A stretch of DNA of 36,647 nt, taken from a bacterium. Lineage in GTDB: Bacteria; RBG-13-61-14; DATKZS01. Position 1 is the first letter of the stretch, and each line of letters opens with the position of its first letter. The translations under genes and the position numbers were made by a program. The DNA lies in assembly GCA_046484135.1 (NCBI GenBank), contig JAWOBU010000086.1, forward strand, positions 1-36,647. The letters run 5' to 3'. Of the stretch, positions 9,567 to 18,808 are shown one piece after another. Under the pieces are notes generated by a model. It worked only from the letters and a program-made list of their open reading frames with translations. It did not search any database and was not told where the DNA came from.

Positions 9567-10295
9567 ATGATGTCACAAGAGAAAAAGAAGTACACTTTGA
9601 ACGATTGCGAGGCCAGCAAGGAGCAGATCCTTTACGCCGACATACTTTTCTACGGAGCCTGGTCTGCCATATTGATACTGACCATAACCTTCGGGCTTTA
9701 CGTGTTCAAGGTGCTGCCGCGCCATATCCCGCTCGCGGAGGTCCCCAATTACTGGCATGAAAGGGCGGACAGTTGGCTCAATCCCTGGTACGCCCTGAAA
9801 GAGCCGGTTAAAGTGCCGGAGGCGGAGAAAGCGGGAGAGAAAGCCCCTCCTCCCGGCGCCTCTTTGGAGGACATCTCGGATGAAAAGATCGCCATGATCA
9901 TGAAGCGAGAGATCTCTGCAAAAGGCGAGACCGGCATGGACAAGAAGGTGGCGGTGATGGATACCGCGGAAGCATTGGGCCTCGATCCGCACTCCGACAA
10001 GGCGGAGAAGAAGCTGGGGCAGGTCTTTGCCGGGTTTAAGGACCAGGGGCTTTTAACGCAAGTAAAGCCAGGTGTTCCGGACGGGTGGGACTGGATTTAC
10101 ATGCTGAAGAAGGGAGACTTTCTGAACTTCGTAGGGGTCGCCATCCTGGCGGGCATGACCGTTCTGTGTTTCCTGGTGGCGCTGTTGCCCGCCTACTTGA
10201 AGCAGAAGGACTGGCCTTACTTCGCCCTGGTCGTCTTCGAGTGCGCCGTGCTGGTACTGGCCGCCTCAGGGATACTCAAGGTCGGCGGACATTAA
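9567..10295 (+). CDS. DUF1634-like membrane protein (TSUP partner) with an extended hydrophilic loop
   Basis: EQILYA...P..IPL.EVPNYW...GWDW...KGDFLNF.G...KD..Y...LAASG pattern; directly downstream of the TSUP gene; RBS GGAGGAGG. Confidence 0.75.
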   Translation: MMSQEKKKYTLNDCEASKEQILYADILFYGAWSAILILTITFGLYVFKVLPRHIPLAEVPNYWHERADSWLNPWYALKEPVKVPEAEKAGEKAPPPGASLEDISDEKIAMIMKREISAKGETGMDKKVAVMDTAEALGLDPHSDKAEKKLGQVFAGFKDQGLLTQVKPGVPDGWDWIYMLKKGDFLNFVGVAILAGMTVLCFLVALLPAYLKQKDWPYFALVVFECAVLVLAASGILKVGGH

Positions 10296-10326
10296 TATAT
10301 TCTCCGGCAAATCGGAAGCGATACAC

Positions 10327-11697
10327 ATGTGGAAAAAAGAACGCACAACGGCAGTGGTTGCGGCAGCGGTTGTTGCCCTGTTGTTTTTCATCTGTCTGCC
10401 CGCGCATTCCGAGGTCAAGCTCACGGACGGAGTGTACCTGGACGGATACATCCGGCCGCGGGTCGAGTTTGACGACCGCGACTTTGACGGCTCCACCTCT
10501 GCGGACCAGTACGCGACCCTGCGCACCCGGCTCGGGTTCCGGGTGGACCGGGTCCTTCCCGACACCGTGTTTTACATACTCCTCGCCGACTCCCGAACCA
10601 TGGGATACAACGACCCCTATCTTACCGGAGAACCGGAGCCTCCCAATAAGCCGGACCGGAACCTCGGGGTCTCCAAGGTATGGATACGGCTCGACAACCT
10701 TTTAACAGATAACTTCTACCTGAAAGTGGGAAGGATGTCCAATGACCAGGGCAGGGCCAGGATCATGGGACCCGGCAACTGGAGCTACGCCGGTCCCCGG
10801 ACCTATGACGGCATAAAGGCCGGCTACTTGGCCGAGAACTTTTCATTAAAATTCTGGAGCTTTTACGGCATTCACGGCGACCGCCACTGGTACCCCGACC
10901 CCGACCAGTACCCGGACCACTCAGTCCCGGACGAAGACATAGATTATAAGTACGATCACACCTTGAACGGCTTTGATCTGCACCTGTTCCAGAACCGGCT
11001 CCAGCTTCTGGCTTTCGTGGACCTCGATCAGGCCCGGGTCAAAGACGTTACCGAGGACGAAGAGAACCCGGCCTCGGTAAGATACACCGCGGCGCTCTAC
11101 TTCCACCAAGGCAATCCCGAATGGAAGGAAAAAGGCGGTCCCCGCTTCGAGCTCGACTATGCCTACCAGTTCGGCACCGTAGGCACCGCGGCAGGTGAGG
11201 CAGACGTATCAGCCTGGCTTTGTGCGGGCGACTTGTACTACTCGGCAGGCGGAGAGTACGCGCCCTGGATCGGCGCGGGCTGGGACGTAACCTCGGGCGA
11301 CAGCGGCGCCAACCGCCTCGAGGCCCACTACTTCTATGACTACTATTACTCGAGGCACGGCTATCGCGGCAGGATGGACCTTTTTAAAGACCCCTACGGG
11401 ACCGCGTCGCTGGGCTTGCAGGACTACGTGCTGCGCACCGGATTCTCTCCGCATAAGAGCATCCGGCTTCAGGCGGACGCGCATTACTTCCGGGTCGAGC
11501 AGCCCTACCTTTCCGTGGAGAGCAGCGACGAAGAGCACGAGCTTGGCTACGAGCTGGACCTCATGGTGCGCTGGCAGATGCGCAAAGGGATAAAAGCCAA
11601 AGCCGCCTACATGACGTTCTGGCCGTCCGATGACTGGAAAGGAGAAGACGCCGACCCGGCCGGCTTCTCCTACCTGGCGCTTATCGCCTCTTTCTGA
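10327..11697 (+). CDS. Outer-membrane beta-barrel porin, alginate export family
   Basis: Signal peptide, IRPRVE...LRTRLG, LKVGR, R.YDG, LGYELDL, alternating beta strands, C-terminal Phe. Confidence 0.82.
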   Translation: MWKKERTTAVVAAAVVALLFFICLPAHSEVKLTDGVYLDGYIRPRVEFDDRDFDGSTSADQYATLRTRLGFRVDRVLPDTVFYILLADSRTMGYNDPYLTGEPEPPNKPDRNLGVSKVWIRLDNLLTDNFYLKVGRMSNDQGRARIMGPGNWSYAGPRTYDGIKAGYLAENFSLKFWSFYGIHGDRHWYPDPDQYPDHSVPDEDIDYKYDHTLNGFDLHLFQNRLQLLAFVDLDQARVKDVTEDEENPASVRYTAALYFHQGNPEWKEKGGPRFELDYAYQFGTVGTAAGEADVSAWLCAGDLYYSAGGEYAPWIGAGWDVTSGDSGANRLEAHYFYDYYYSRHGYRGRMDLFKDPYGTASLGLQDYVLRTGFSPHKSIRLQADAHYFRVEQPYLSVESSDEEHELGYELDLMVRWQMRKGIKAKAAYMTFWPSDDWKGEDADPAGFSYLALIASF

Positions 11698-11711
11698 AGA
11701 TGTCCGGAAAA

Positions 11712-12881
11712 TTATCCCGGCGGTGGAACTATCTTTCCGAGGACCGCTCGTTTTTTCGCGCCGGTGGCGCCGGTAAGATTGCCGGGTCTTTTTTTCAACG
11801 TCTCCATTCCCAGGATCGCGAAAGCCATGGCCTCCTTGGCTGCCGCCGGCACGCCGTACTCGTCCGAGGCCGCCACCGGCACCGGATCGAACTTTGCGGA
11901 AAGCGATTGCATGAGGACCAGGTTTTTGGCGCCCCCGCCGGAGACTATCACTTCGTCGGCCGCGGTTTCTTCCGAATGAAAGCGCCGGTAATGCCGGTGG
12001 ATGGACTCCGCGGTGAGCTCGACCGCGGTGGCGATAAGATCGAGAAAACCGCGCCTGTTACGCGCGCCCGCGGACTCTATAATCGAGTCCACGAAGTCGG
12101 CCCCGAACCGCTCGCGGCCCGTGCTCTTGGGAGGCGGCTTTGCAAAGAAGCCGGTCTTTAAAAGCTCGGAGAGAAGTTTGTGATTGACCTTGCCCTTGGC
12201 CGCGTGCCTGCCGTCGCGGTCATAGGATTCCCTGAAGTTGGTCATCCTTTGCACCAGCTCGTCAATCACCATGTTTCCGGGGCCGATGTCGGAGGCCCGC
12301 ACTGCTTCCGGATCGCCCGCTCCCGCGGGCAGGAAGGTCCCGTTACAGATGCCTCCAATGTTCACCAGGAACCGGGACCGCTTGGGGTTCCGGAACAAAA
12401 GGTAGTCCACGTACGGCACCAGCGGAGCTCCTTCCCCTCCCGCGGCCATGTCCGCCGGCCTGAAGTCGGCCACCGTGGTGATGCCGGTGCGGGCGGCTAT
12501 CACCGACGGCTCGCCCACCTGGAGGGTTGCACTTACCCTGGTCTTTCCTATCTTGACCGGATCGGGAAGATGCTGGATGGTCTGACCATGAGAGCCTATA
12601 TGCTCGACCTCGAGAGGACGGACTCCTCCCAGCCGCATGACCTCGTGGGCGGCCTGTGCGAAAAGCTCGCCCAGATAAAAGTTCAAACGCGCCACAAGGT
12701 CCGTGCGGCCGGTAGAAGGATTGGAAGCCTCCAGTATCATCCGCACCGTCTCTCCCGAAAAAGGGAGGGTATAAAAGGACAAAAGCTCAGCGCGGACTCC
12801 CCATCTGGTGCGGCTTATGTCAACCAGGGCGGCGTCCACGCCGTCCAGCGAGGTCCCCGACATCAGACCGATGGCCTTCAT
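11712..12881 (-). CDS. anmK: Anhydro-N-acetylmuramic acid kinase
   Basis: IGLMSGTSLDGVD, IGSHGQT, DFRPADMAAGGEGAPLVP, NIGGI, PPKSTGRE, GGGAKN, KEAMAFA. Confidence 0.97.
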   Translation of the reverse strand: MKAIGLMSGTSLDGVDAALVDISRTRWGVRAELLSFYTLPFSGETVRMILEASNPSTGRTDLVARLNFYLGELFAQAAHEVMRLGGVRPLEVEHIGSHGQTIQHLPDPVKIGKTRVSATLQVGEPSVIAARTGITTVADFRPADMAAGGEGAPLVPYVDYLLFRNPKRSRFLVNIGGICNGTFLPAGAGDPEAVRASDIGPGNMVIDELVQRMTNFRESYDRDGRHAAKGKVNHKLLSELLKTGFFAKPPPKSTGRERFGADFVDSIIESAGARNRRGFLDLIATAVELTAESIHRHYRRFHSEETAADEVIVSGGGAKNLVLMQSLSAKFDPVPVAASDEYGVPAAAKEAMAFAILGMETLKKRPGNLTGATGAKKRAVLGKIVPPPG

Positions 12882-14119
12882 GAGCTGTCCCCTCCTTCCC
12901 CGGCGGCCGGCGTATCGCCTGTATCAGAGCCGACCTCACGGAGCATGTTCCGGTGGTCCTCTTTTATCCTTTGCCGGAGCGAGTCGTCAGTGAGAACCCG
13001 CGCGCCCGCGAGCGACATGGCCTTGACTGCCCGCTCCAGCATGGTACTGCCGGCCTGTGAAGAAGCGATGCTCGCGAACTCCGGGGTGTGGACGCCGCTC
13101 TCCGCTCCCGGAACCTCCATAAGAGGATGGAGCACCGGGGCATCGAGTCCCACGTTGCCCACGTCAGTGCTTCCCATGGCCTCGTCTTCCGGCCCGCCGT
13201 CATCAGAAAGACCGAGCTCGTGAAGGCACTCGATGAAAGCCTCGCCCAGCGGCCGGTTGGGAACATAAGGGGCATACATGTGGTCGCGACTCAGCTCGAC
13301 CTGCAGGGAGGCGCCGGTAGATCGGGCCGCTCCCTCCGCACACTCCCGGACCTGGTCGGCTATCTCCATGGTCTGGTCCAGGGTGAGTCCGCGGGCCAGG
13401 AAAACCGCGCTCGCTTTTTCCGGGATGATGTTGGGTGCGGACCCGCCCTGGGTGATGATGCCGTGCACGCGCGTTTTGTCCGGTAGCTGCTGGCGCAACA
13501 TAGAGACCGCGTTAAAGGTCTGCACCACGGCGTCCAAGGCGTTGATGCCGCTCTCGGGCGCCACTGCCGCGTGGGCGGCCCTGCCGGTAAAGGTAAGCCT
13601 GATCTCGGCCACTCCCAGCGATCTTTTGAACACCTCGGTGCGCTTGTCCGGGTGGACCAGTAGAGCCGCGTCAATGCCCTGAAAAACGCCCTCTCGCGCC
13701 AGGATGACCTTGCCGCCGCCTCCTTCTTCCGCGGGTGTGCCGATCACCTCGATCGAGCCGGAAAACGACCCGAGCGCAGAAACAAGAACCACTGCGGAAG
13801 CTGCGCTGGCCGTGCCGATCAGGTGATGGCCGCAGGCGTGGCCCATCTCGGCAAGAGCGTCCATCTCCGCCAGAAAAGCCAGCCTGGGTCCGGGAGCATC
13901 GCCGGATTTAACGGCGCGAAACGCTGTGTCCAGCCCGCCGAGACCGGTCTCTATCTCGAAGCCGGACTTCTGTAAGAACCCGCACAGGGCTTCGCTCGCG
14001 AAGTACTCGTGGAAAGCGAGCTCCGGCTTGTTAAAGATGGAAAGCGCGAGCTGCCAGGCTTGTGGAAGTATGGCCTCTGACCAGGACAGGATAGACGTGT
14101 TAAGTTCGGCTGGAATCAA
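12878..14119 (-). CDS. M20-family amidohydrolase/peptidase (ACY1L2/AbgB-like)
   Basis: PELAFHE, EMDAL, HACGH, GTPAEEGGGGK, G.AAHAA.AP..GINALDA, GSTDVGNV, HT.EF; TTG start after GGGAG; ATGA overlap with anmK. Confidence 0.92.
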   Translation of the reverse strand: MIPAELNTSILSWSEAILPQAWQLALSIFNKPELAFHEYFASEALCGFLQKSGFEIETGLGGLDTAFRAVKSGDAPGPRLAFLAEMDALAEMGHACGHHLIGTASAASAVVLVSALGSFSGSIEVIGTPAEEGGGGKVILAREGVFQGIDAALLVHPDKRTEVFKRSLGVAEIRLTFTGRAAHAAVAPESGINALDAVVQTFNAVSMLRQQLPDKTRVHGIITQGGSAPNIIPEKASAVFLARGLTLDQTMEIADQVRECAEGAARSTGASLQVELSRDHMYAPYVPNRPLGEAFIECLHELGLSDDGGPEDEAMGSTDVGNVGLDAPVLHPLMEVPGAESGVHTPEFASIASSQAGSTMLERAVKAMSLAGARVLTDDSLRQRIKEDHRNMLREVGSDTGDTPAAGEGGDSS

Positions 14120-14233
14120 TACAGTTTCTCCCCTTTAAACTCTGCCTGTAAAAGTATGATAACCTTATTGGCGGTTATAGTCATCCGGAGGATGGGGTTT
14201 TTATTCCAGGGTCCAATACAGGAGAGCGGCTTT

Positions 14234-14255
14234 TCGCGGCTAAAGCCGCTCGCAC
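14234..14255 (-). repeat. REP-like palindromic element, copy 1
   Basis: Minus strand GTGCGA-GCGGC-TTTA-GCCGC-GA; same layout as the copy at 32650; partial inverted copy at 14222-14233. Confidence 0.6.
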
Positions 14256-14394
14256 ATAAGATGCTCTCATATATTACATTATTTGCAGGGAACGCCTCGG
14301 GCTGAAAATTTCGTTTCGAGTTGATATCATAATTGCATGAACAAGTCGGTAAAAAGCTCACGAGAAAAACCTTTTTACAATGCGCGCGGGAAAG

Positions 14395-15819
14395 ATGAAG
14401 AGAAAGAAGAAAAACAGCGAGCACATTCTTATAGTAGACGATGAGGAGAGCATCCGCACGACTCTGGGGGGCGTTCTCTCGGATGAGGGGTTTTCGGTAA
14501 GCACTGCTCATGACGGGGAGTCGGCTCTGCAGATGATAGAGGACAGCCCTCCGGACCTGGTCATGCTCGACATCTGGCTGCCGGGCATGGACGGAGTCGA
14601 GTCCCTGCAAAAGATAAAGGAGACGTATCCGGAGCTTCCGGTGGTAATGATCTCCGGGCACGGCACCATCGAGACCGCGGTTAAGTCCACGCGGCTCGGC
14701 GCTTACGACTATATTGAAAAGCCTTTAAGCCTGGACAAGATCATCATAACCATTCAGAACGCGCTGGAGCTTACGCGGCTCTCGCGCGAGTACCGGCGCC
14801 TGAGCGAGGAGATGGCGGGCAAGGACGAGCTTATCGGCCAGTCCCGGCCCATCAAGGAGCTGCGGAGCCAGATAGAAAAGGTGGCCCCCACTGAAGGGTG
14901 GGTTCTGATCTCCGGCGAGAACGGCACCGGCAAAGAGGTGCTGGCCCGCATGATCCACCGGGGAAGCCTTCGGTCGGACCGGCCTTTCGTGAGCGTGAAC
15001 TGTGCGGCCATACCGGAAGAGCTTATCGAGTCGGAGCTGTTCGGCCACGAAAAAGGGGCTTTCACCGGCGCGGTGGACCGCAAACAGGGCAAGTTCGACA
15101 TGGCGGACGGGGGCACGCTTTTCCTGGACGAGATAGCGGACATGAGCCTCCGCACCCAGTCGAAGATACTTCGCATCCTGCAGGAGCAGCAGTTCGAGAG
15201 GGTGGGAGGGACCTCTCCCATAAAAGTGGACGTGCGCGTTATAGCTGCTTCCAACAAGGACCTCGAGAAGGCCATGCAGGAGGGAAGCTTCCGCGAAGAC
15301 CTCTATTACCGGCTGAACGTGATCCCCCTGTACCTGCCGCCCCTGAGGGAGAGAAAAGAGGACATACCGCTTTTCGTGGACCACTTCCTCAAAGACTTCT
15401 GCGCCCGGTCCCGCCTCAAGCAGAAGAAGATCAACAAAAGGGCGCTCCAGGCTTTTATGCAGTACTCCTGGCCGGGAAACGTGCGGGAGCTCAAGAACGT
15501 GATAGAGAGAATGGTGATACTGTCGCCCGGCGGAGACATAACGGTCAAAGACCTGCCGCCGGCCCTGACCTCGCCCGGCACGGCGCCGGTTACCTCTGCG
15601 TACGATCTGCCCACACTGAAGGAAGCGAGGAACGCTTTTGAAAAGCAGTATCTAATGAGAAAGTTAATCGAGAACGATCATAACGTGTCGCGTACCGCGG
15701 AGCAGGTGGGAGTGGAAAGATCGTCTCTCCACCGCAAGATAAAGAGCTATGGCATAGACGGGGAAAGCGAGGAGGGCCATGAAAAACCGGGACCAAAGAA
15801 AAAGCGGAAAGAAAGATAG
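14395..15819 (+). CDS. ntrX: Sigma54-interacting response regulator, NtrX-like (REC-AAA+-Fis HTH)
   Basis: ILIVDDE, LDIWLPGMDG, MISGHGTIETAV, GENGTGKE, GAFTGA, FLDEIADM, WPGNVRELKN, C-terminal HTH; alternative start at 14380. Confidence 0.88.
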   Translation: MKRKKKNSEHILIVDDEESIRTTLGGVLSDEGFSVSTAHDGESALQMIEDSPPDLVMLDIWLPGMDGVESLQKIKETYPELPVVMISGHGTIETAVKSTRLGAYDYIEKPLSLDKIIITIQNALELTRLSREYRRLSEEMAGKDELIGQSRPIKELRSQIEKVAPTEGWVLISGENGTGKEVLARMIHRGSLRSDRPFVSVNCAAIPEELIESELFGHEKGAFTGAVDRKQGKFDMADGGTLFLDEIADMSLRTQSKILRILQEQQFERVGGTSPIKVDVRVIAASNKDLEKAMQEGSFREDLYYRLNVIPLYLPPLRERKEDIPLFVDHFLKDFCARSRLKQKKINKRALQAFMQYSWPGNVRELKNVIERMVILSPGGDITVKDLPPALTSPGTAPVTSAYDLPTLKEARNAFEKQYLMRKLIENDHNVSRTAEQVGVERSSLHRKIKSYGIDGESEEGHEKPGPKKKRKER

Positions 15820-17257
15820 TATAAAGCCGGACCGGCGCGGGTTCATGAAGACGGGAGCAGTGCTGGCCGGCGGCACGCTGGTGCCGGAGCTCTCTCGAGC
15901 TGAAGACAACTGCCCGGTGCCTCCACCTTCTTTTTCTCTTGAGAAGACGGAGCCGGCGCTCTCCGGTCTTACGCCGGGGAAACAACCCAACATCCTTTTA
16001 ATCATCACCGACCAGGAGCGGTGGTGGGGCAACCTGCCTCCGCTTTCCCGGCCGGCGTTCGAGCGGCTCCGCGAGCACGGCGTATCCTTTGACAACACTT
16101 TCTGTTCGTACCCGTTATGTTCTCCCAGCCGCAGTTCCATTTTCAGCGGAATGTACCCGCACCAGAACGGAGTCACCCATAACTTGATGTTTCCGGTGGG
16201 ACAGGAGGAGCTGGACCCGCAGATGCCGCACCTGGGTTCGGTGCTGGCTTCCGCGGGTTATCGGATCGGCTACCAGGGCAAATGGGACCTGTCCAAGAGC
16301 TGGGACTATTATCTCGCGAACATAAGACATCGCGGCCGGGCGAGCGACTACGGTTTTGAAGGACACTGCGGAGAGATTCCCGAGCAGGAGTACGGCTATC
16401 TCGCGGACGACGAGGTGGTAAGGCGGGCCTGCCGATGGATCCGGGAACAAAACAAAGATCAGCCCTGGTTCCTGTGCTGTTCCATAATCAACCCACACGA
16501 CATCTGCCATTTCCGGTTAAAGCCGGACGACTCCATCCGGCCGGAAGCACAAGTGCCGCCCAGCTTGAAAGACGACCTCACAGACAAGCCCTCGGGGCAG
16601 AAAGCTAGAAGGGGCAAAAAGAAAGAATGGGATTGGAGAGAGTTCCTTACTTTCTACTACAACCTGATCGAGATGACCGACCGCTACATCGAGCAGCTTT
16701 CTCATGCACTTTCAGTAAAAGACATGCTCGAAGATACGATAATCGTCTATGTTTCGGACCACGGCGAGATGGGAGGCGCTCACGGGTTCAAGGGCAAGTA
16801 CGAGTTTTATGAAGAGGCCCTGCATATACCCCTGGTCGTCTCTCATCCGGGAATGCGGCGACGCGATGTTTCCGACATGGTCTCCAACATTGACATAGCT
16901 CCCACCATAGCGTCGCTTGCGGGAGTGCGCTGGCCTTCGCAGGTGCCGGGGATGGACCTCTCCGCGCGGCTCAACGGCTCGGGCGAAGCGGGAAGAGAAG
17001 CAGTGTTCTCCGAGCACGAGACCCATCTCAAGGTGGGCAGATACAACAACGCGGCGCGCATGATAAGAACCCCCGAGTGGAAGTACTCCTACGCTTTCTT
17101 CGACGTGCAGGACGGACAGCTTTACGATCTTGATTCCGATCCCCTCGAGATGAAAAACCTGTTTCATGACCCGGGCTATAAGCGTATAAGGAAAGAGCTG
17201 GAAGACAGGCTGCGGGAGTGGCAGAAAGAAAGCGGCGATTATTTCCGCGTTCCCTGA
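15779..17257 (+). CDS. Tat-exported formylglycine-dependent sulfatase
   Basis: DRRGFMK twin-arginine leader, PNILLIITDQ, CSPSRSSIFSG (CxPxR), GKW, NPHD, SDHGE, LYDL..DP.E..NL. Confidence 0.92.
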   Translation: MKNRDQRKSGKKDSIKPDRRGFMKTGAVLAGGTLVPELSRAEDNCPVPPPSFSLEKTEPALSGLTPGKQPNILLIITDQERWWGNLPPLSRPAFERLREHGVSFDNTFCSYPLCSPSRSSIFSGMYPHQNGVTHNLMFPVGQEELDPQMPHLGSVLASAGYRIGYQGKWDLSKSWDYYLANIRHRGRASDYGFEGHCGEIPEQEYGYLADDEVVRRACRWIREQNKDQPWFLCCSIINPHDICHFRLKPDDSIRPEAQVPPSLKDDLTDKPSGQKARRGKKKEWDWREFLTFYYNLIEMTDRYIEQLSHALSVKDMLEDTIIVYVSDHGEMGGAHGFKGKYEFYEEALHIPLVVSHPGMRRRDVSDMVSNIDIAPTIASLAGVRWPSQVPGMDLSARLNGSGEAGREAVFSEHETHLKVGRYNNAARMIRTPEWKYSYAFFDVQDGQLYDLDSDPLEMKNLFHDPGYKRIRKELEDRLREWQKESGDYFRVP

Positions 17258-17289
17258 AAACTGCGGCAAAGCCAAAAGAGAGTCCTGGA

Positions 17290-18570
17290 ATGAGCAGCAT
17301 ACTTGCCATGATACTGGCCGGAGGAGAAGGGACGCGGCTGGACCCGTTGACCAGACACCGGGCCAAGCCCGCGGTGCCTTTCGGCGGCAAGTACCGGATC
17401 ATTGACCTGGTTTTGTCCAATTTCATCAACTCGGGGATTTACAATATCGCGGTGGTGACCCAGTTCAAGGCCGAGTCGCTTATTGACCACGTGGAAGAGG
17501 GGTGGCAGAGAGCGATGGGTGGGATTGCCGGTCATATAACCATCAACCCCGCTCAGCAGCGGGTCCATAAAGACTGGTACCTGGGCACCGCGGACGCCGT
17601 CTACCAGAACTTCAACCGGATCGAGAAGGTGGACCCCGATATCCTGGCCGTGTTCGGCGGAGACCACATCTACAAGATGAACATAAACGACATGATAGTA
17701 AACCAGCAACTTCGCGGGGCGGACATGACCATCGCCGCCATCCCGGTCCCGGTAGAAAAGGCCGCCCGCCAGTACGGGGTGATAATGGTGGACGAGGACT
17801 ACAACCTGGTGGGGTTCCAGGAAAAACCTGAGGTCCCGGAGCCGCTTCCGCACGACTCGAGCCGGTGCCTGGTGTCCATGGGCAACTACCTGTTCAACCG
17901 GGACCTGTTGAACTATTGCTTCCAGGAAGACGCCCAGAAGGAGTACGTGAGCAAAAGCAAGCTCAACTCGCTGCTCGAGTTCGACCCTTATGCGCAGGAA
18001 AAGTACTCGACCCATGACATCGGCTACGATATTATTCCGTTCCTCCACCGAAGCGGCCTGCGCATCCTGGTCTACGACTTCGCGCAGAACCAGGTCCCCG
18101 GAGTTACCGGCCAGGAGAAAGGATACTGGCGGGACGTGGGGACCCTCGAGGAGTTCTACGAGTCCAACATGGACATCTGCGGGATCACGCCGGTTTTTAA
18201 TCTTTATAACCAGGAATGGCCTATCCGGACCTCGACCCATAACTTTGCGCCGGCCAAGTTCTCGCTCTCGAGCGAGGTCTACAACTCGGTAATCGGGGAG
18301 GGGTCCATCATCACCCGGGGCCGGGTCATAAACTCGGTGCTGGGCTATGACACGCGTTGCGAGAAGGGCTCCGAGGTCGAGTTCTCCGTGCTTTTTAACG
18401 GGGTGTCCATAGGTCCGGGCGCCAAGGTTCAAAGAGCTATAATAGACAAGTACGTCCAGGTCCCGCCGGGTGTGTCCATCGGCTACGACCCGGAAGAGGA
18501 CAAGGACAGAGGGCTTATAACCACTCCCAGCGGCATCACGGTGGTCCCGAAAAGACACGTGTTCAAGTAG
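17290..18570 (+). CDS. glgC: Glucose-1-phosphate adenylyltransferase
   Basis: ILAGGEGTRLDPLT, RAKPAVPFGGKYRIID, WYLGTADAVYQN, GDHIYKM, FQEKP, SMGNY, YWRDVGT; start moved to MSSIL at 17290. Confidence 0.96.
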   Translation: MSSILAMILAGGEGTRLDPLTRHRAKPAVPFGGKYRIIDLVLSNFINSGIYNIAVVTQFKAESLIDHVEEGWQRAMGGIAGHITINPAQQRVHKDWYLGTADAVYQNFNRIEKVDPDILAVFGGDHIYKMNINDMIVNQQLRGADMTIAAIPVPVEKAARQYGVIMVDEDYNLVGFQEKPEVPEPLPHDSSRCLVSMGNYLFNRDLLNYCFQEDAQKEYVSKSKLNSLLEFDPYAQEKYSTHDIGYDIIPFLHRSGLRILVYDFAQNQVPGVTGQEKGYWRDVGTLEEFYESNMDICGITPVFNLYNQEWPIRTSTHNFAPAKFSLSSEVYNSVIGEGSIITRGRVINSVLGYDTRCEKGSEVEFSVLFNGVSIGPGAKVQRAIIDKYVQVPPGVSIGYDPEEDKDRGLITTPSGITVVPKRHVFK

Positions 18571-18610
18571 TGCCTTCCAGGTCATCGCTGTCCCAAATAA
18601 AGGATTGATA

Positions 18611-18764
18611 TCACGCAAAGACGCCAAGACGCAATGAATTCAAGAGTTCTTTCCCGAAGTCCACGTTCCTTGAAAAGCACACACGGGCACAGTCTTCATA
18701 ATATCCAGAACTGGCGAGGTCTTCTTATATTTTTTCTTTTTTGCGCCTTCGCGTCTTTGCGTGA
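18611..18764. repeat. Inverted pair of 24-bp repeats with 8-bp periodicity between convergent genes
   Basis: 18611-18634 TCACGCAAAGACGCCAAGACGCAA versus reverse complement of 18741-18764 TCACGCAAAGACGCGAAGGCGCAA (22/24 identical). Confidence 0.85.
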
Positions 18765-18808
18765 GATAAAATTCTGTTTTTGGACAAGAGTGATTTTACA
18801 AGAAGCTC

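Noticed and set aside
17239..18627. 462-aa antisense ORF over glgC, and similar long shadow ORFs (895-1839, 12180-13223, 19895-20923, 14725-15384)
   Set aside because: They lie opposite well-supported genes, have no motifs and are expected from GC-rich codon bias
18611..18764. CRISPR array
   Set aside because: Repeats are inverted, only two per locus, without regular spacers or cas genes
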